The translations under genes were made by a program, and so were the position numbers. Below, one piece after another: positions 1 through 8,690 of a stretch of 64,000 bases of DNA (positions are counted from its first letter, which is position 1; each line of letters opens with the position of its first letter). The notes below the pieces were generated by a model that was not told the origin of the DNA, searched no databases, and saw only the letters and a program-made list of their open reading frames with translations. The stretch lies in assembly GCA_028279705.1 (NCBI GenBank), contig JANQNF010000005.1, positions 2,688 through 66,687 on the forward strand, given 5' to 3'. This stretch comes from an archaeon (lineage in GTDB: Archaea; Aenigmatarchaeota; Aenigmatarchaeia; QMZP01; JAFGSV01).

Positions 1-2
1 GA

Positions 3-161
3 GACAACATAAAAATCGTGCTCCTAAGAATCACTGGCGGCGGAGTCCGCATCGGAATTGAAGCCCCTAAAGACCTTCCTATTATTCGTGCGGAGTTGAA
101 AGTGGGCGAGATTGAAACCTTAACAAACCTACCCAAGGAGTTAGGAAATGACCTTAACTAA
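3..161 (+). CDS. csrA: CsrA-family RNA-binding regulator; 5'-truncated at the window edge, C-terminal 52 codons present
   Basis: Frame-3 translation DNIKIVLLRITGGGVRIGIEAPKDLPIIRAELKVGEIET... matches the CsrA core (VRIGVNAPKEVSVHREEIY). Stop TAA at 159-161. Confidence 0.6.
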   Translation, partial: DNIKIVLLRITGGGVRIGIEAPKDLPIIRAELKVGEIETLTNLPKELGNDLN

Positions 162-1239
162 GACGGAAAGTTTATTCGTCAATGCCTTGAAGAAGAAGGC
201 ACCCGGTGCTCACAAGAACACTCGGGACAAAGAAGTTGTTATCAGGGGAGGTGGTCTTCCCGATGGTATCTCACGTGGAATTGCCAAGTTCGCTGACTAC
301 AAGACCGGCACGATTGCGAAAGGTAATGCGAAGGGAGCGCAATATATTTCCTTGACCGGCATCGTTTGTGAGCCGACTCAGTATAAGGGTCTCCGCGCGA
401 CCAAGACCATCTACTTCCGTGACACGGCCAACAAGACCGTCGCCGATCAGGTAGACGACTTTAATAACGAGTTGAAGAAACTCGGTTGCGACCTGTCCGG
501 TACGAACGAGGAAGACTGGTTCCGACTGTTGGCCGAAGTCAAGGCGAACGGGACGTACTTTTACTTTCACACCTGGAAAGGCGATCCCACGCCTCAGTTC
601 CCTAACCCGCAAGTCAATACCGAATTTGACGGCGGTGTTGCGGATCTTGCCGATTACGTTGATCCAAATGCGGGCGACGGGGTTGTGGACAACACTACGG
701 CTCCAGCCAGTTCTGGTGCTCAAGAGTTGTCACTCGCAGAACTCGGGGCCGCTGCGGATGCCGGAGACGAGGACGCCGAAGTCAAGCTGACCGAACTGGC
801 CAGCGAGGCTGGAATCGACCCGGCGGAAATCGAAACGTGGACGGAAGTAGCAACCATGTTGGAATCTGCTGATGGTGGATCCAGTAATGGTGAAGCTTCT
901 GTTGATGTCCATGCACTCGGTGCTGCTGCCGACGAAGGTGACGAAGACGCTGCAAGCCAACTCACTGAGATGGCCAAGGCGCAGGACATTGACCCAGACG
1001 CTGTTGAAACGTGGACTGAGGTTGCTACCATGCTCAACGGTGAAGCTGGTGGTGAAGAGTCGTCTGGTGAAATCGTGCCCGAGAAAGGCCAGATGTTCAA
1101 CTACCGAGCGCCAAGAGCTCAACAGGCCGAAACCTGTGAGATCACCGCTGTATTCGCAGGGACGCAGAAGTGCAACCTGAAACGAGTCAGCGATGACAAG
1201 TTGTTCAAGGGCATCCCTTGGGAAAAGTTGGAACGATAG
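148..1239 (+). CDS. Hypothetical acidic protein with an internal ~50-aa tandem repeat
   Basis: 363-aa ORF. Repeat LGAAAD(A/E)GDEDA...ETWTEVATML occurs twice. Start overlaps the CsrA stop. Confidence 0.55.
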   Translation: MTLTKTESLFVNALKKKAPGAHKNTRDKEVVIRGGGLPDGISRGIAKFADYKTGTIAKGNAKGAQYISLTGIVCEPTQYKGLRATKTIYFRDTANKTVADQVDDFNNELKKLGCDLSGTNEEDWFRLLAEVKANGTYFYFHTWKGDPTPQFPNPQVNTEFDGGVADLADYVDPNAGDGVVDNTTAPASSGAQELSLAELGAAADAGDEDAEVKLTELASEAGIDPAEIETWTEVATMLESADGGSSNGEASVDVHALGAAADEGDEDAASQLTEMAKAQDIDPDAVETWTEVATMLNGEAGGEESSGEIVPEKGQMFNYRAPRAQQAETCEITAVFAGTQKCNLKRVSDDKLFKGIPWEKLER

Positions 1240-1311
1240 TCCTCCGCTGAAGATAGGGAACAAACGAGGGAAGGTCTTTGTGACGTGCAATCCAGGGGCT
1301 GAAACTCGGAC

Positions 1312-1803
1312 GTGGATGCACCCACGTCGTTCCTTATCTTCATCTTTTTAGTAGGATCAATTATGGCCAAAACATTTTTTGAAAAAGCAGGAATAGGTTG
1401 TATCGCTAGCGGTATAGGGCTTTCTGTTTTTGTTGTGGTGATTTTCTTTGCTATCTTTGGAAGGTTCTTCCGTGAAGGTAGTAGGATCATTGACAAGACC
1501 ATTGACGCTGATAACGTAATCTATAACTACGAATGGTTCAAGCAGCGTCACCAGGATGTCCAAGCAATCGACACCAAGATCGAACAAGCCAACCAAGCCG
1601 TCAACCAATTCAAGGATGACAACGGTGAGCGTAGTGGTTGGGATATGTTTGACAAGCAGGAGTACGACCGTTTGAACTCGGTTGCTATCGGCCTGCAACA
1701 ACAGCGTGCGGATATTGTTGCTGAGTACAATGCGAGATCACGGATGGCGAACCGAAGTATTTTCAAAGCGGGAGATACTGAACTCCCCGAAACCATTAAC
1801 TAA
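1312..1803 (+). CDS. Hypothetical membrane protein
   Basis: Two N-terminal hydrophobic segments (FLIFIFLVGSIM, LSVFVVVIFFAIFG), then a soluble domain. Confidence 0.5.
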   Translation: MDAPTSFLIFIFLVGSIMAKTFFEKAGIGCIASGIGLSVFVVVIFFAIFGRFFREGSRIIDKTIDADNVIYNYEWFKQRHQDVQAIDTKIEQANQAVNQFKDDNGERSGWDMFDKQEYDRLNSVAIGLQQQRADIVAEYNARSRMANRSIFKAGDTELPETIN

Positions 1804-1816
1804 CCTGAGGAGTCTT

Positions 1817-2347
1817 ATGAAACCTTTAATTCCAGCTTTAATTGTTTGCATCCTATTGTGCGGGTGTGACAAACGAAGAGAAGCAAAGACGCAGATTCAA
1901 GAACAGAATCGTACTGAAGACCAGCAACGAGTACATCTAAAGACTTCACCTCCACCGAAGTTGACCCGTTCCCAAGAACGTCTTAACCTAATCGAAAGAC
2001 TAACCAGATTCAACACTGACTCAAAGGTCAGTTACATCTATCTGGTTAATTACGGAAAGGTGATGGCATTCTATACAGTCAAAGGAAAAGTGTCGTCAGT
2101 TAATTCACTATTGACCACCCCAGACCAGTTGATCAAGCCGAAGAACATATCAGAAAGGCATGTCATGGCTTCTCCTGATCTGGACGGTTCGTACGGTTCC
2201 AACGGGGACGCCGTGTTCTTTTTCACAACCGATGGTACATACGTTGAGTGGAGCGGTGATTACATGCTCTGCGACAAGCCGCTCAAGTTAACTACTCCCC
2301 CAGAGTTAACCATCGACGTTACAGACCAAACTACTGGAGGTCAGTAA
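1817..2347 (+). CDS. Putative lipoprotein
   Basis: ATG at 1817 after GAGG. MKPLIPALIVCILLCGCDK has a signal peptide with a lipobox-like LLCGC. Confidence 0.5.
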   Translation: MKPLIPALIVCILLCGCDKRREAKTQIQEQNRTEDQQRVHLKTSPPPKLTRSQERLNLIERLTRFNTDSKVSYIYLVNYGKVMAFYTVKGKVSSVNSLLTTPDQLIKPKNISERHVMASPDLDGSYGSNGDAVFFFTTDGTYVEWSGDYMLCDKPLKLTTPPELTIDVTDQTTGGQ

Positions 2348-2349
2348 GT

Positions 2350-4404
2350 ATGATTTCGGTTGACACGGAAACTACCGGTCTTGACTTTTATCATGGATGC
2401 GCACCGTTCCTCGTATCCATCTGTGATGAGGATCTCCAAGTTACGACATGGCAGTTTCCGGTCAACCCTCGTACTCGCATTCCCAAGGTTACTAAGCGTG
2501 ACCGGGATGAGATAGAATCCTATCTTGACCAGGACAAGGTCTTACAGAATAGTAAGTTTGACGTCCGTGCGTTACAGTCCATAGGCATCTGTATGGATTG
2601 GGACTGGGAACGCACAGAAGACACACTTATAGCAGGACACCTAGTAGCCAGTGGTGAATCCCACGAGTTGGGAAACATGGCGTTGAAGTACCTGGGAGTT
2701 GACATCAAACCGTTGGAGGAAAACCTACGGCAAGAAGTAATTAAGGCCAGAGCTCTAGCCAAGAAAAAGTATCCTGAATGGCGGCAAGCAAAGGAAGGCG
2801 ATCCGATGATGCCAAGCATGAAAGAAACTGCTTGGAAGGGGGATATGTGGTTACCTCAAGCCTTAGCAAACATGGAGGACTTACCCGAGGATCATCCTTG
2901 GTGGCATGTGCTGCCTGAGTACAACAACGGGGACAGTTCGGTAACCCTCAAATTGTGGGAAGTACAAAAAGAAATTCTACAAGAACGTGGGTTATGGGAA
3001 ATCTACCTAGAACGTAAGAAACTACTGAAGACCACCTACGATATGGAATCTATAGGGATTACCATGAACGTAGAACGGTTGAACGAACTCAATGACAGGT
3101 ATAGAGAAGAGAGTACAAAGGCTGAACAACTGTGTTTGAAACTAGCCGACGGGCACATAGATAAACTTCCAAAAGGCGGAACCAGCAAAGCTCTACGTAG
3201 TGTTATCTTCGATCACTTCAAACTACCTGTAGTAGTGAAGTCAAAGAAGACTCAGGAACCCTCAGTCAATAAAGTAGCAATAGAGCAGTGGATAGCTACT
3301 GTTCCAACAACAGAAAAGTCCTTCCATTTTATTAAAAACCTAAGGGACAAACGCAAGCGTGACACAGCCTCAGGTTATATGGAAGGTTACCTCAAAGTAG
3401 GATTACCCCTTTATGGCCCTTGGTACACTCTATTCCCCTACCTCAATATTACCGGGACTGATACCTTACGATTCAGTAGCAGCAATCCAAATGAGCAGAA
3501 TATTAGCAAACAAGAAGGGTTCAACCTCCGATACATTTTTGGTCCGCGCCCTGGAAGAGAGTGGTGGTCCGGCGATTATAAGAACATCGAGTTGCGGTTG
3601 CCAGCCTTCGAGTGCGGCGAAACTGAAATGGTCAACCTGTTCAACAATCCCGGCGAGCCACCCTATTACGGATCCTACCATTTACTTATCTGTGACGTTC
3701 TTCACCCAAAATGGTTCGGGCAACACGGAACAGACTTCAAAAACAAGTTCGCGTCGACGTGGTATCAGTGGACCAAGAATGGCAACTTTGCTGTCCAGTA
3801 TGGAGCCGTTGAATCTTCGGGTACAGCCGACTTGGCCTACCACGTTCCGGGGGCGCAAAGGAAGATTCAAGGGCGGTTCAAAAAGATCGCGCAGTTGAAT
3901 AAGGATATGATAGCTCATGCGGATGCTCACGGATATGTCACCACAATACCTTCCAAGGGTTTTGACCGCGGATACCCGTTACAATGTACACGAACCGAAT
4001 GGGGCAGAGTCAAACCAACTATCCCATTGAACTACCACGTTCAGGGAAGTGCGATGTGGGCTATGAGCTTAGCTATGAATCGATGTGACAACTTCCTAGA
4101 GCAGTGGAACCAGTCCGAGCTAGGGATAGCCAACACCAGCCAGATAATACAAGAACAGATGGAAGATCAAGCTTACTTCATGATTATGCAAATACATGAT
4201 GAGCTGGTCTTTGACTTCCCAGCCAAGCGTAGTAAGAACTGGGATCCTAAGAATCCAAAGGCTGAGCATCTAGGAAATGCACAGTTGGTACGTGAACTCA
4301 AACAACTCATGGAGCTCTCTGGAGAAGATATGAATACTCCTCTACCGGTCGGCTTCGATTATCACCCTGACACGTGGGACGTAGGCTATGGTATCAGTTT
4401 ATGA
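2350..4404 (+). CDS. Family-A (Pol I-type) DNA polymerase with 3'-5' exonuclease domain
   Basis: N-terminal Exo I motif VDTETTGL. Pol A motif B-like K..NGNFAVQYG and motif C QIHDELVFD. 684 aa. Confidence 0.85.
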   Translation: MISVDTETTGLDFYHGCAPFLVSICDEDLQVTTWQFPVNPRTRIPKVTKRDRDEIESYLDQDKVLQNSKFDVRALQSIGICMDWDWERTEDTLIAGHLVASGESHELGNMALKYLGVDIKPLEENLRQEVIKARALAKKKYPEWRQAKEGDPMMPSMKETAWKGDMWLPQALANMEDLPEDHPWWHVLPEYNNGDSSVTLKLWEVQKEILQERGLWEIYLERKKLLKTTYDMESIGITMNVERLNELNDRYREESTKAEQLCLKLADGHIDKLPKGGTSKALRSVIFDHFKLPVVVKSKKTQEPSVNKVAIEQWIATVPTTEKSFHFIKNLRDKRKRDTASGYMEGYLKVGLPLYGPWYTLFPYLNITGTDTLRFSSSNPNEQNISKQEGFNLRYIFGPRPGREWWSGDYKNIELRLPAFECGETEMVNLFNNPGEPPYYGSYHLLICDVLHPKWFGQHGTDFKNKFASTWYQWTKNGNFAVQYGAVESSGTADLAYHVPGAQRKIQGRFKKIAQLNKDMIAHADAHGYVTTIPSKGFDRGYPLQCTRTEWGRVKPTIPLNYHVQGSAMWAMSLAMNRCDNFLEQWNQSELGIANTSQIIQEQMEDQAYFMIMQIHDELVFDFPAKRSKNWDPKNPKAEHLGNAQLVRELKQLMELSGEDMNTPLPVGFDYHPDTWDVGYGISL

Positions 4405-5275
4405 TCTGGTTGAAATGAATGATAACCTTGTTAATGAATTCATCTATTGGGCAAAGGAACGTCACAGCATACACCTTAAAAGGGAAGCTGGTAAACCTAA
4501 GCCGTGGACCAAGGACCCGATACTCCAACGGTACTTCTTCACTAACCCTTACAGGGAGAATGACAAGACTACCGTATGGTTCCGGGAAACAGTACGAGAT
4601 CCAATTGCTGCCAAGCCTCAGGTCTTCTTTTCTACTGTGTGCTTCCGTTGGTTCAACTACATCCCAACAGGACAAGTACTCCATGATCTACAACTTCTGT
4701 ATGCGTGGGATTGTGAATTAGCTATTGCAAAACTGAACGACATCCTACGATCCGGGCGCAAGGTATTCACAGGGGCGTTTACCATCAGCCCTAGCGGAAG
4801 CACCAAGCCAAAGATCCAGCGTGTATGCGAAGACTACATCCAACCAGTATGGGACGACCTGTCAAGCATCGTTGGCCAACTGTACAAGGCCGACACACTG
4901 AAACGCGCATGGCAAGTTGTATCTTCTCTCCCAGGAATGGCTGGCGGAGGATTCATGGCCTATGAAGTAGTTTCAGACCTGCGGTATACTGAGTTCCTAA
5001 GAAACGCTGAAGACATCAATCTGTGGGCTAACCCCGGTCCTGGTGCCAAGCGAGGACTCAACCGTCTAATGATGAGAGAAATCAAAAGCCCAATCAACCA
5101 ACCATTGTGGGAAGACCAGACCCAGGAACTTCTTAAGATCGTTAATAAACGTCTACCCAAAAATATGCCACGGTTTGAGATGCGTGAAATTGAACACAGT
5201 CTGTGTGAGTTTGACAAGTACCTACGGGCGAGAACCAAGTCCGGCAGAATGAAAAGGAAATACGATGGTGTTTAA
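4388..5275 (+). CDS. Hypothetical protein; possible nucleotide/DNA-base modification enzyme (aGPT-Pplase-like, tentative)
   Basis: 295 aa, overlaps the polymerase stop. Motifs ILQRYFFTNPYRENDKTT, VSDLRYT and NPGPGAKRGL recall the thymine hypermodification pyrophosphorylase-like domain. Recognised from memory only. Confidence 0.45.
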   Translation: MVSVYDLVEMNDNLVNEFIYWAKERHSIHLKREAGKPKPWTKDPILQRYFFTNPYRENDKTTVWFRETVRDPIAAKPQVFFSTVCFRWFNYIPTGQVLHDLQLLYAWDCELAIAKLNDILRSGRKVFTGAFTISPSGSTKPKIQRVCEDYIQPVWDDLSSIVGQLYKADTLKRAWQVVSSLPGMAGGGFMAYEVVSDLRYTEFLRNAEDINLWANPGPGAKRGLNRLMMREIKSPINQPLWEDQTQELLKIVNKRLPKNMPRFEMREIEHSLCEFDKYLRARTKSGRMKRKYDGV

Positions 5276-5489
5276 TTGCAGGTTCCGTGAAGGTCCGTTG
5301 GATGGTAGATTAGCAGAAGTGTCCATTACTGAACCTTTCAAGGTTGGTATGTTCATCACTGTTGAAGGATGCACCTACGAAATCCTCAATGGTGCGGCTG
5401 CTCAACACCACGAGCAGAAACAAGAAGGACATCCTAACTTGGCTGTGAGTGCTAGTTATGTTGATGATAAGAACCTTTCTGGTGTCTGA
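5265..5489 (+). CDS. Hypothetical small protein
   Basis: 74-aa ORF in a co-directional array; overlaps the upstream stop. Confidence 0.3.
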   Translation: MVFNCRFREGPLDGRLAEVSITEPFKVGMFITVEGCTYEILNGAAAQHHEQKQEGHPNLAVSASYVDDKNLSGV

Positions 5490-5808
5490 TCTTCCTTTGG
5501 AGTTGTTCTGTAAGCAGTTGTGTACGTTCAATTCTAAAAAGCTAAAGAAGAGCAGGCGTCATTCTCTTTACTTGGAAAACGTGAAATGGTACAGAGAAGA
5601 CAATGGGTTATTCACAGTGACTGTGAAATTTCTCAGAGGAGAAAAATTCACTTACCGATTTATCAAGGCCGGAGGAACGTTCAGCTATTCTCCTTTCCGT
5701 GACTGCGATCACAGCAAACTGTTGAAAGTCCTAGCAGATAACCAGAGGAAGACCCGTGAAAATATTCAGGTGGAATCAAATCAGGGAAGCCGTAGCGTAT
5801 GCGGTTGA
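5449..5808 (+). CDS. Hypothetical protein
   Basis: 119-aa ORF; start uncertain (alternative ATG at 5458). Confidence 0.3.
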   Translation: MLVMLMIRTFLVSDLPLELFCKQLCTFNSKKLKKSRRHSLYLENVKWYREDNGLFTVTVKFLRGEKFTYRFIKAGGTFSYSPFRDCDHSKLLKVLADNQRKTRENIQVESNQGSRSVCG

Positions 5809-6088
5809 AGACCCTGATAACACCGCTTTGCATTTACATTACTTCATAACGCCTACAGCTCCTGCTTGCTTCAAGAGGGATGTAGGTAGGAGATTACCGA
5901 TTGCTCACTTGTTTGGACAGGACGCAAAACTATTGGAGGCAATAGCAAGACATGCTGGAGTGAACAAAATCGTTATCGAACGTACGAACACTCCTCGCCA
6001 GCACATTGATTTGTGTGGAGCTCCTTTACGTAGAGTGCTTGAGGAGTGTGGCGAGGATATAAACAACTACAGGTTGGAGGAGGACTGA
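5756..6088 (+). CDS. Hypothetical protein
   Basis: 110-aa ORF; overlaps its neighbours; stop overlaps the next start. Confidence 0.3.
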   Translation: MKIFRWNQIREAVAYAVEDPDNTALHLHYFITPTAPACFKRDVGRRLPIAHLFGQDAKLLEAIARHAGVNKIVIERTNTPRQHIDLCGAPLRRVLEECGEDINNYRLEED

Positions 6089-7221
6089 TGAAAGTAGCCA
6101 TAGTCAATTGGCCGATTAATGACGTAGGAGGCATCAACACCTACTGCGAAAACATGATAGCAGGGTTTAGAACTTTGGGAGGGTATGAAGTGGATCTAAT
6201 CCACGCCACACCACAACTCAAGTACAACAATGCGAAACATGGTGAACGGGTGAACCAGACTACCAAGCGAAGGTTCACAATCTTGGAAGGTTATCATTTC
6301 AGTTACAACGACCAGCACGTAACCGAAGCTGTAGATGCTTTGAATACTTACGATCTCGTGATATTCTTGCATCCTAGTCCACATCCTACCAAGGCTGTGA
6401 AAGAACATCCATGTCATTTGAATTGGCAAGCCTTATACAATGAGTTGACCGTTCCTGACTTGGTAATCTTCCACGACGCCAATTGGGCGAAGACGAACTC
6501 GTGGTTTGCTGACGTTGCTGACCGGGTAGATGCAGCACTAGGAGCCCAACATATATTCTTCCCAAGTATTGAGCAGTATCCAGCCAACTGCCCAAAGACC
6601 TGGGAATACTTTCCATTGAACTTAGAGCAGATGTTAAGTGACTCAGCAGAGGAGGACAAGGTAGAACAGGGGATTCTAGCTACTCAGTGGTTAAAGTGGA
6701 AGAACCATCACAAGTTCTTACCAGTCATGCCTCAGATCAAATACCCTATCATGGTGTTTGGTAGCGGTATGGAATATCACAACCTAGCCAAGACCCCGGA
6801 GTTCGCTGAGGCTTTCAACATCGACTACACAACAGACAAGGAGTACAACCCAGACTCTCCACACGAATACCATGGATACGTAGACTATGTGTACGTCATG
6901 GTGGAGATGGCTCGGTCTACCTTTAGTATCGATCTGTCAACTAAGGGTTACACGAACATGACCCATTGGGAGCCGATGGCCTGCGAGACCCTTAATTTAA
7001 TCCACGAAGATGTACTTGCTAACGAGTACTGTGAGATCCCAGACGATTGTTGTATGACATTCAACTTTGGGAATGTTGCCGACGTCATCAACGAAACGAT
7101 GGAAAATCCTGACTGGATTGACAAGCGTGTTACCAACGCTTCCAAGTTCATTACTAAGTGTGACAACGTTCAGGTTGTCAGCCGTATCATGTCCTGGTTA
7201 AAGAAAGAAGGTGTTGTATGA
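6088..7221 (+). CDS. GT-B fold glycosyltransferase; candidate DNA (hydroxymethyl-pyrimidine) glucosyltransferase
   Basis: RBS GGAGGAGG then ATG at 6088. The N-terminus MKVAIVNWPINDVGGINTY...GGYEVDLIHA is a typical GT-B Rossmann start and resembles the T4 alpha-glucosyltransferase N-terminus (MRICIFMARGLEGCGVTKF...GHEVTLVYA). Confidence 0.5.
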   Translation: MKVAIVNWPINDVGGINTYCENMIAGFRTLGGYEVDLIHATPQLKYNNAKHGERVNQTTKRRFTILEGYHFSYNDQHVTEAVDALNTYDLVIFLHPSPHPTKAVKEHPCHLNWQALYNELTVPDLVIFHDANWAKTNSWFADVADRVDAALGAQHIFFPSIEQYPANCPKTWEYFPLNLEQMLSDSAEEDKVEQGILATQWLKWKNHHKFLPVMPQIKYPIMVFGSGMEYHNLAKTPEFAEAFNIDYTTDKEYNPDSPHEYHGYVDYVYVMVEMARSTFSIDLSTKGYTNMTHWEPMACETLNLIHEDVLANEYCEIPDDCCMTFNFGNVADVINETMENPDWIDKRVTNASKFITKCDNVQVVSRIMSWLKKEGVV

Positions 7222-7622
7222 CTCACTATCATGTTACAAGCCTAATCCTAGGAGCGATTCTCACTGTTGGGATTTTCACAGGCTGTTGTGAACAGACTAA
7301 GATGGAACGTTCCCTCGAATACGAAGAAGGGATCAAAAGTCACAACACAGGTATGTCACTTCACGAGAATCCTTACAGCGATGCTGTTGGGAGAAAGGAA
7401 CGGGAACATAAAGCTTACTGGACAAACGGTTGGCTGGACGCCGAGCTCGAAGAACAAGAACACGACGAAGAGTACGAGTCAGAAAGAAACGTAGCTATCC
7501 TCGCTACCATACGTTTGAAACGGTTGGAGAAAGCAGAAGAACGTATTGAAGAGTTGGAAGCCCGTATCAACACTATGCAAGCGTTACAGGAGGAGTTCTA
7601 TGCAACGTTCCGTAACCGTTGA
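7218..7622 (+). CDS. Hypothetical protein, possible lipoprotein with C-terminal coiled coil
   Basis: MTHYHVTSLILGAILTVGIFTGCC has a signal-like segment with Cys. C-terminal acidic coiled coil. Confidence 0.45.
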   Translation: MTHYHVTSLILGAILTVGIFTGCCEQTKMERSLEYEEGIKSHNTGMSLHENPYSDAVGRKEREHKAYWTNGWLDAELEEQEHDEEYESERNVAILATIRLKRLEKAEERIEELEARINTMQALQEEFYATFRNR

Positions 7623-7797
7623 TTATATGTACGATGACAACGAGTGTGATCTTTTTGACAAACTCAAAGAAGTATTGGCAAGCATCGGAGTGGAGGTCGA
7701 GATGGTTGACCCCGATCCACCAGATCTGGAATCGTTAACCATGGAATTCACAAACACACTAGTCGAGGACAACCAGCAGATCGAGCCAGTCGGATGA
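7600..7797 (+). CDS. Hypothetical small acidic protein
   Basis: RBS AGGAGG 7 nt upstream of ATG 7600. 65 aa. Stop overlaps the next start. Confidence 0.35.
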   Translation: MQRSVTVDYMYDDNECDLFDKLKEVLASIGVEVEMVDPDPPDLESLTMEFTNTLVEDNQQIEPVG

Positions 7798-8690
7798 GAT
7801 TATTCAACACCCTATCCTTGGAAATCAACGCACAGTGTAATCGCAAGTGCAAGTTCTGTCCTGTAGCTTACAACACTAGACCTGATGAACGGATGGCTAT
7901 CGGGTTGGTCAACAAAGCAGCAGCGGAGCTTGCTCACCTTAACTACAAAGGGAGGATCGAACTCTACATATACAACGAACCGCTCAAGGACAAAACCTAT
8001 CTGCGACAAGTCACAAAGCTGTTGCGCAAGCACGTCCCTAAGTGTACTCTGATGATTGCCACTAACGGTGACTACATCCGGGACTACACAGACATCATGG
8101 AGATGTATGAGTGGGGGATGAACCAAGTCCTCATTAACTGCTACAGTCCTGGTCTGTATGAACGCCGACAAGTATGGTTCAGTGGATTACCTGCTGAAGT
8201 ACGTAGACACAAGAGCGTGTACGACCAAGGCTTCAAAGGCAAGTGCATACAGATGCTAGACAAGTCTTCTCCCCAGAAGTTTGGTACGGGAATCTTTTCC
8301 TTGACAAACCGTGCAGGTAATATAGACCAGTTCTTACCTGTAGTAGAAGAACCTTTGCAGAAGATGTGTGTGCGCCCGTTCAGGTTACTTAACATTAACT
8401 GGCTTGGACAAGCCTTAGTGTGCTGCCAAGATTACCACGCAGACGTTCCTATCGGGAATTTACAGGACAACACATTAGTAGAACTCTGGAATCATCCGGT
8501 GCTCAATACCTACCGAAAGCATTTATCCGAGAAGGACAGAACTTTACCTCTGTGCAACCAGTGCGACTGTCACTCCGGTGCGTATCCGGGAAATGTGGAC
8601 AAGAGTTTTGGAAAACCAGCCAGTCGCCATGAAATTGCTAACATCCATGCGACCAACGTAAGGAGAAGAAATCGTGCATCTAAAGTTTAG
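7794..8690 (+). CDS. Radical SAM enzyme with C-terminal SPASM/twitch-like Cys cluster
   Basis: CNRKCKFC (CxxxCxxC) at residues 15-22. C-terminal CCQDY...CNQCDC cluster. Start overlaps the upstream stop. Confidence 0.7.
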   Translation: MRLFNTLSLEINAQCNRKCKFCPVAYNTRPDERMAIGLVNKAAAELAHLNYKGRIELYIYNEPLKDKTYLRQVTKLLRKHVPKCTLMIATNGDYIRDYTDIMEMYEWGMNQVLINCYSPGLYERRQVWFSGLPAEVRRHKSVYDQGFKGKCIQMLDKSSPQKFGTGIFSLTNRAGNIDQFLPVVEEPLQKMCVRPFRLLNINWLGQALVCCQDYHADVPIGNLQDNTLVELWNHPVLNTYRKHLSEKDRTLPLCNQCDCHSGAYPGNVDKSFGKPASRHEIANIHATNVRRRNRASKV

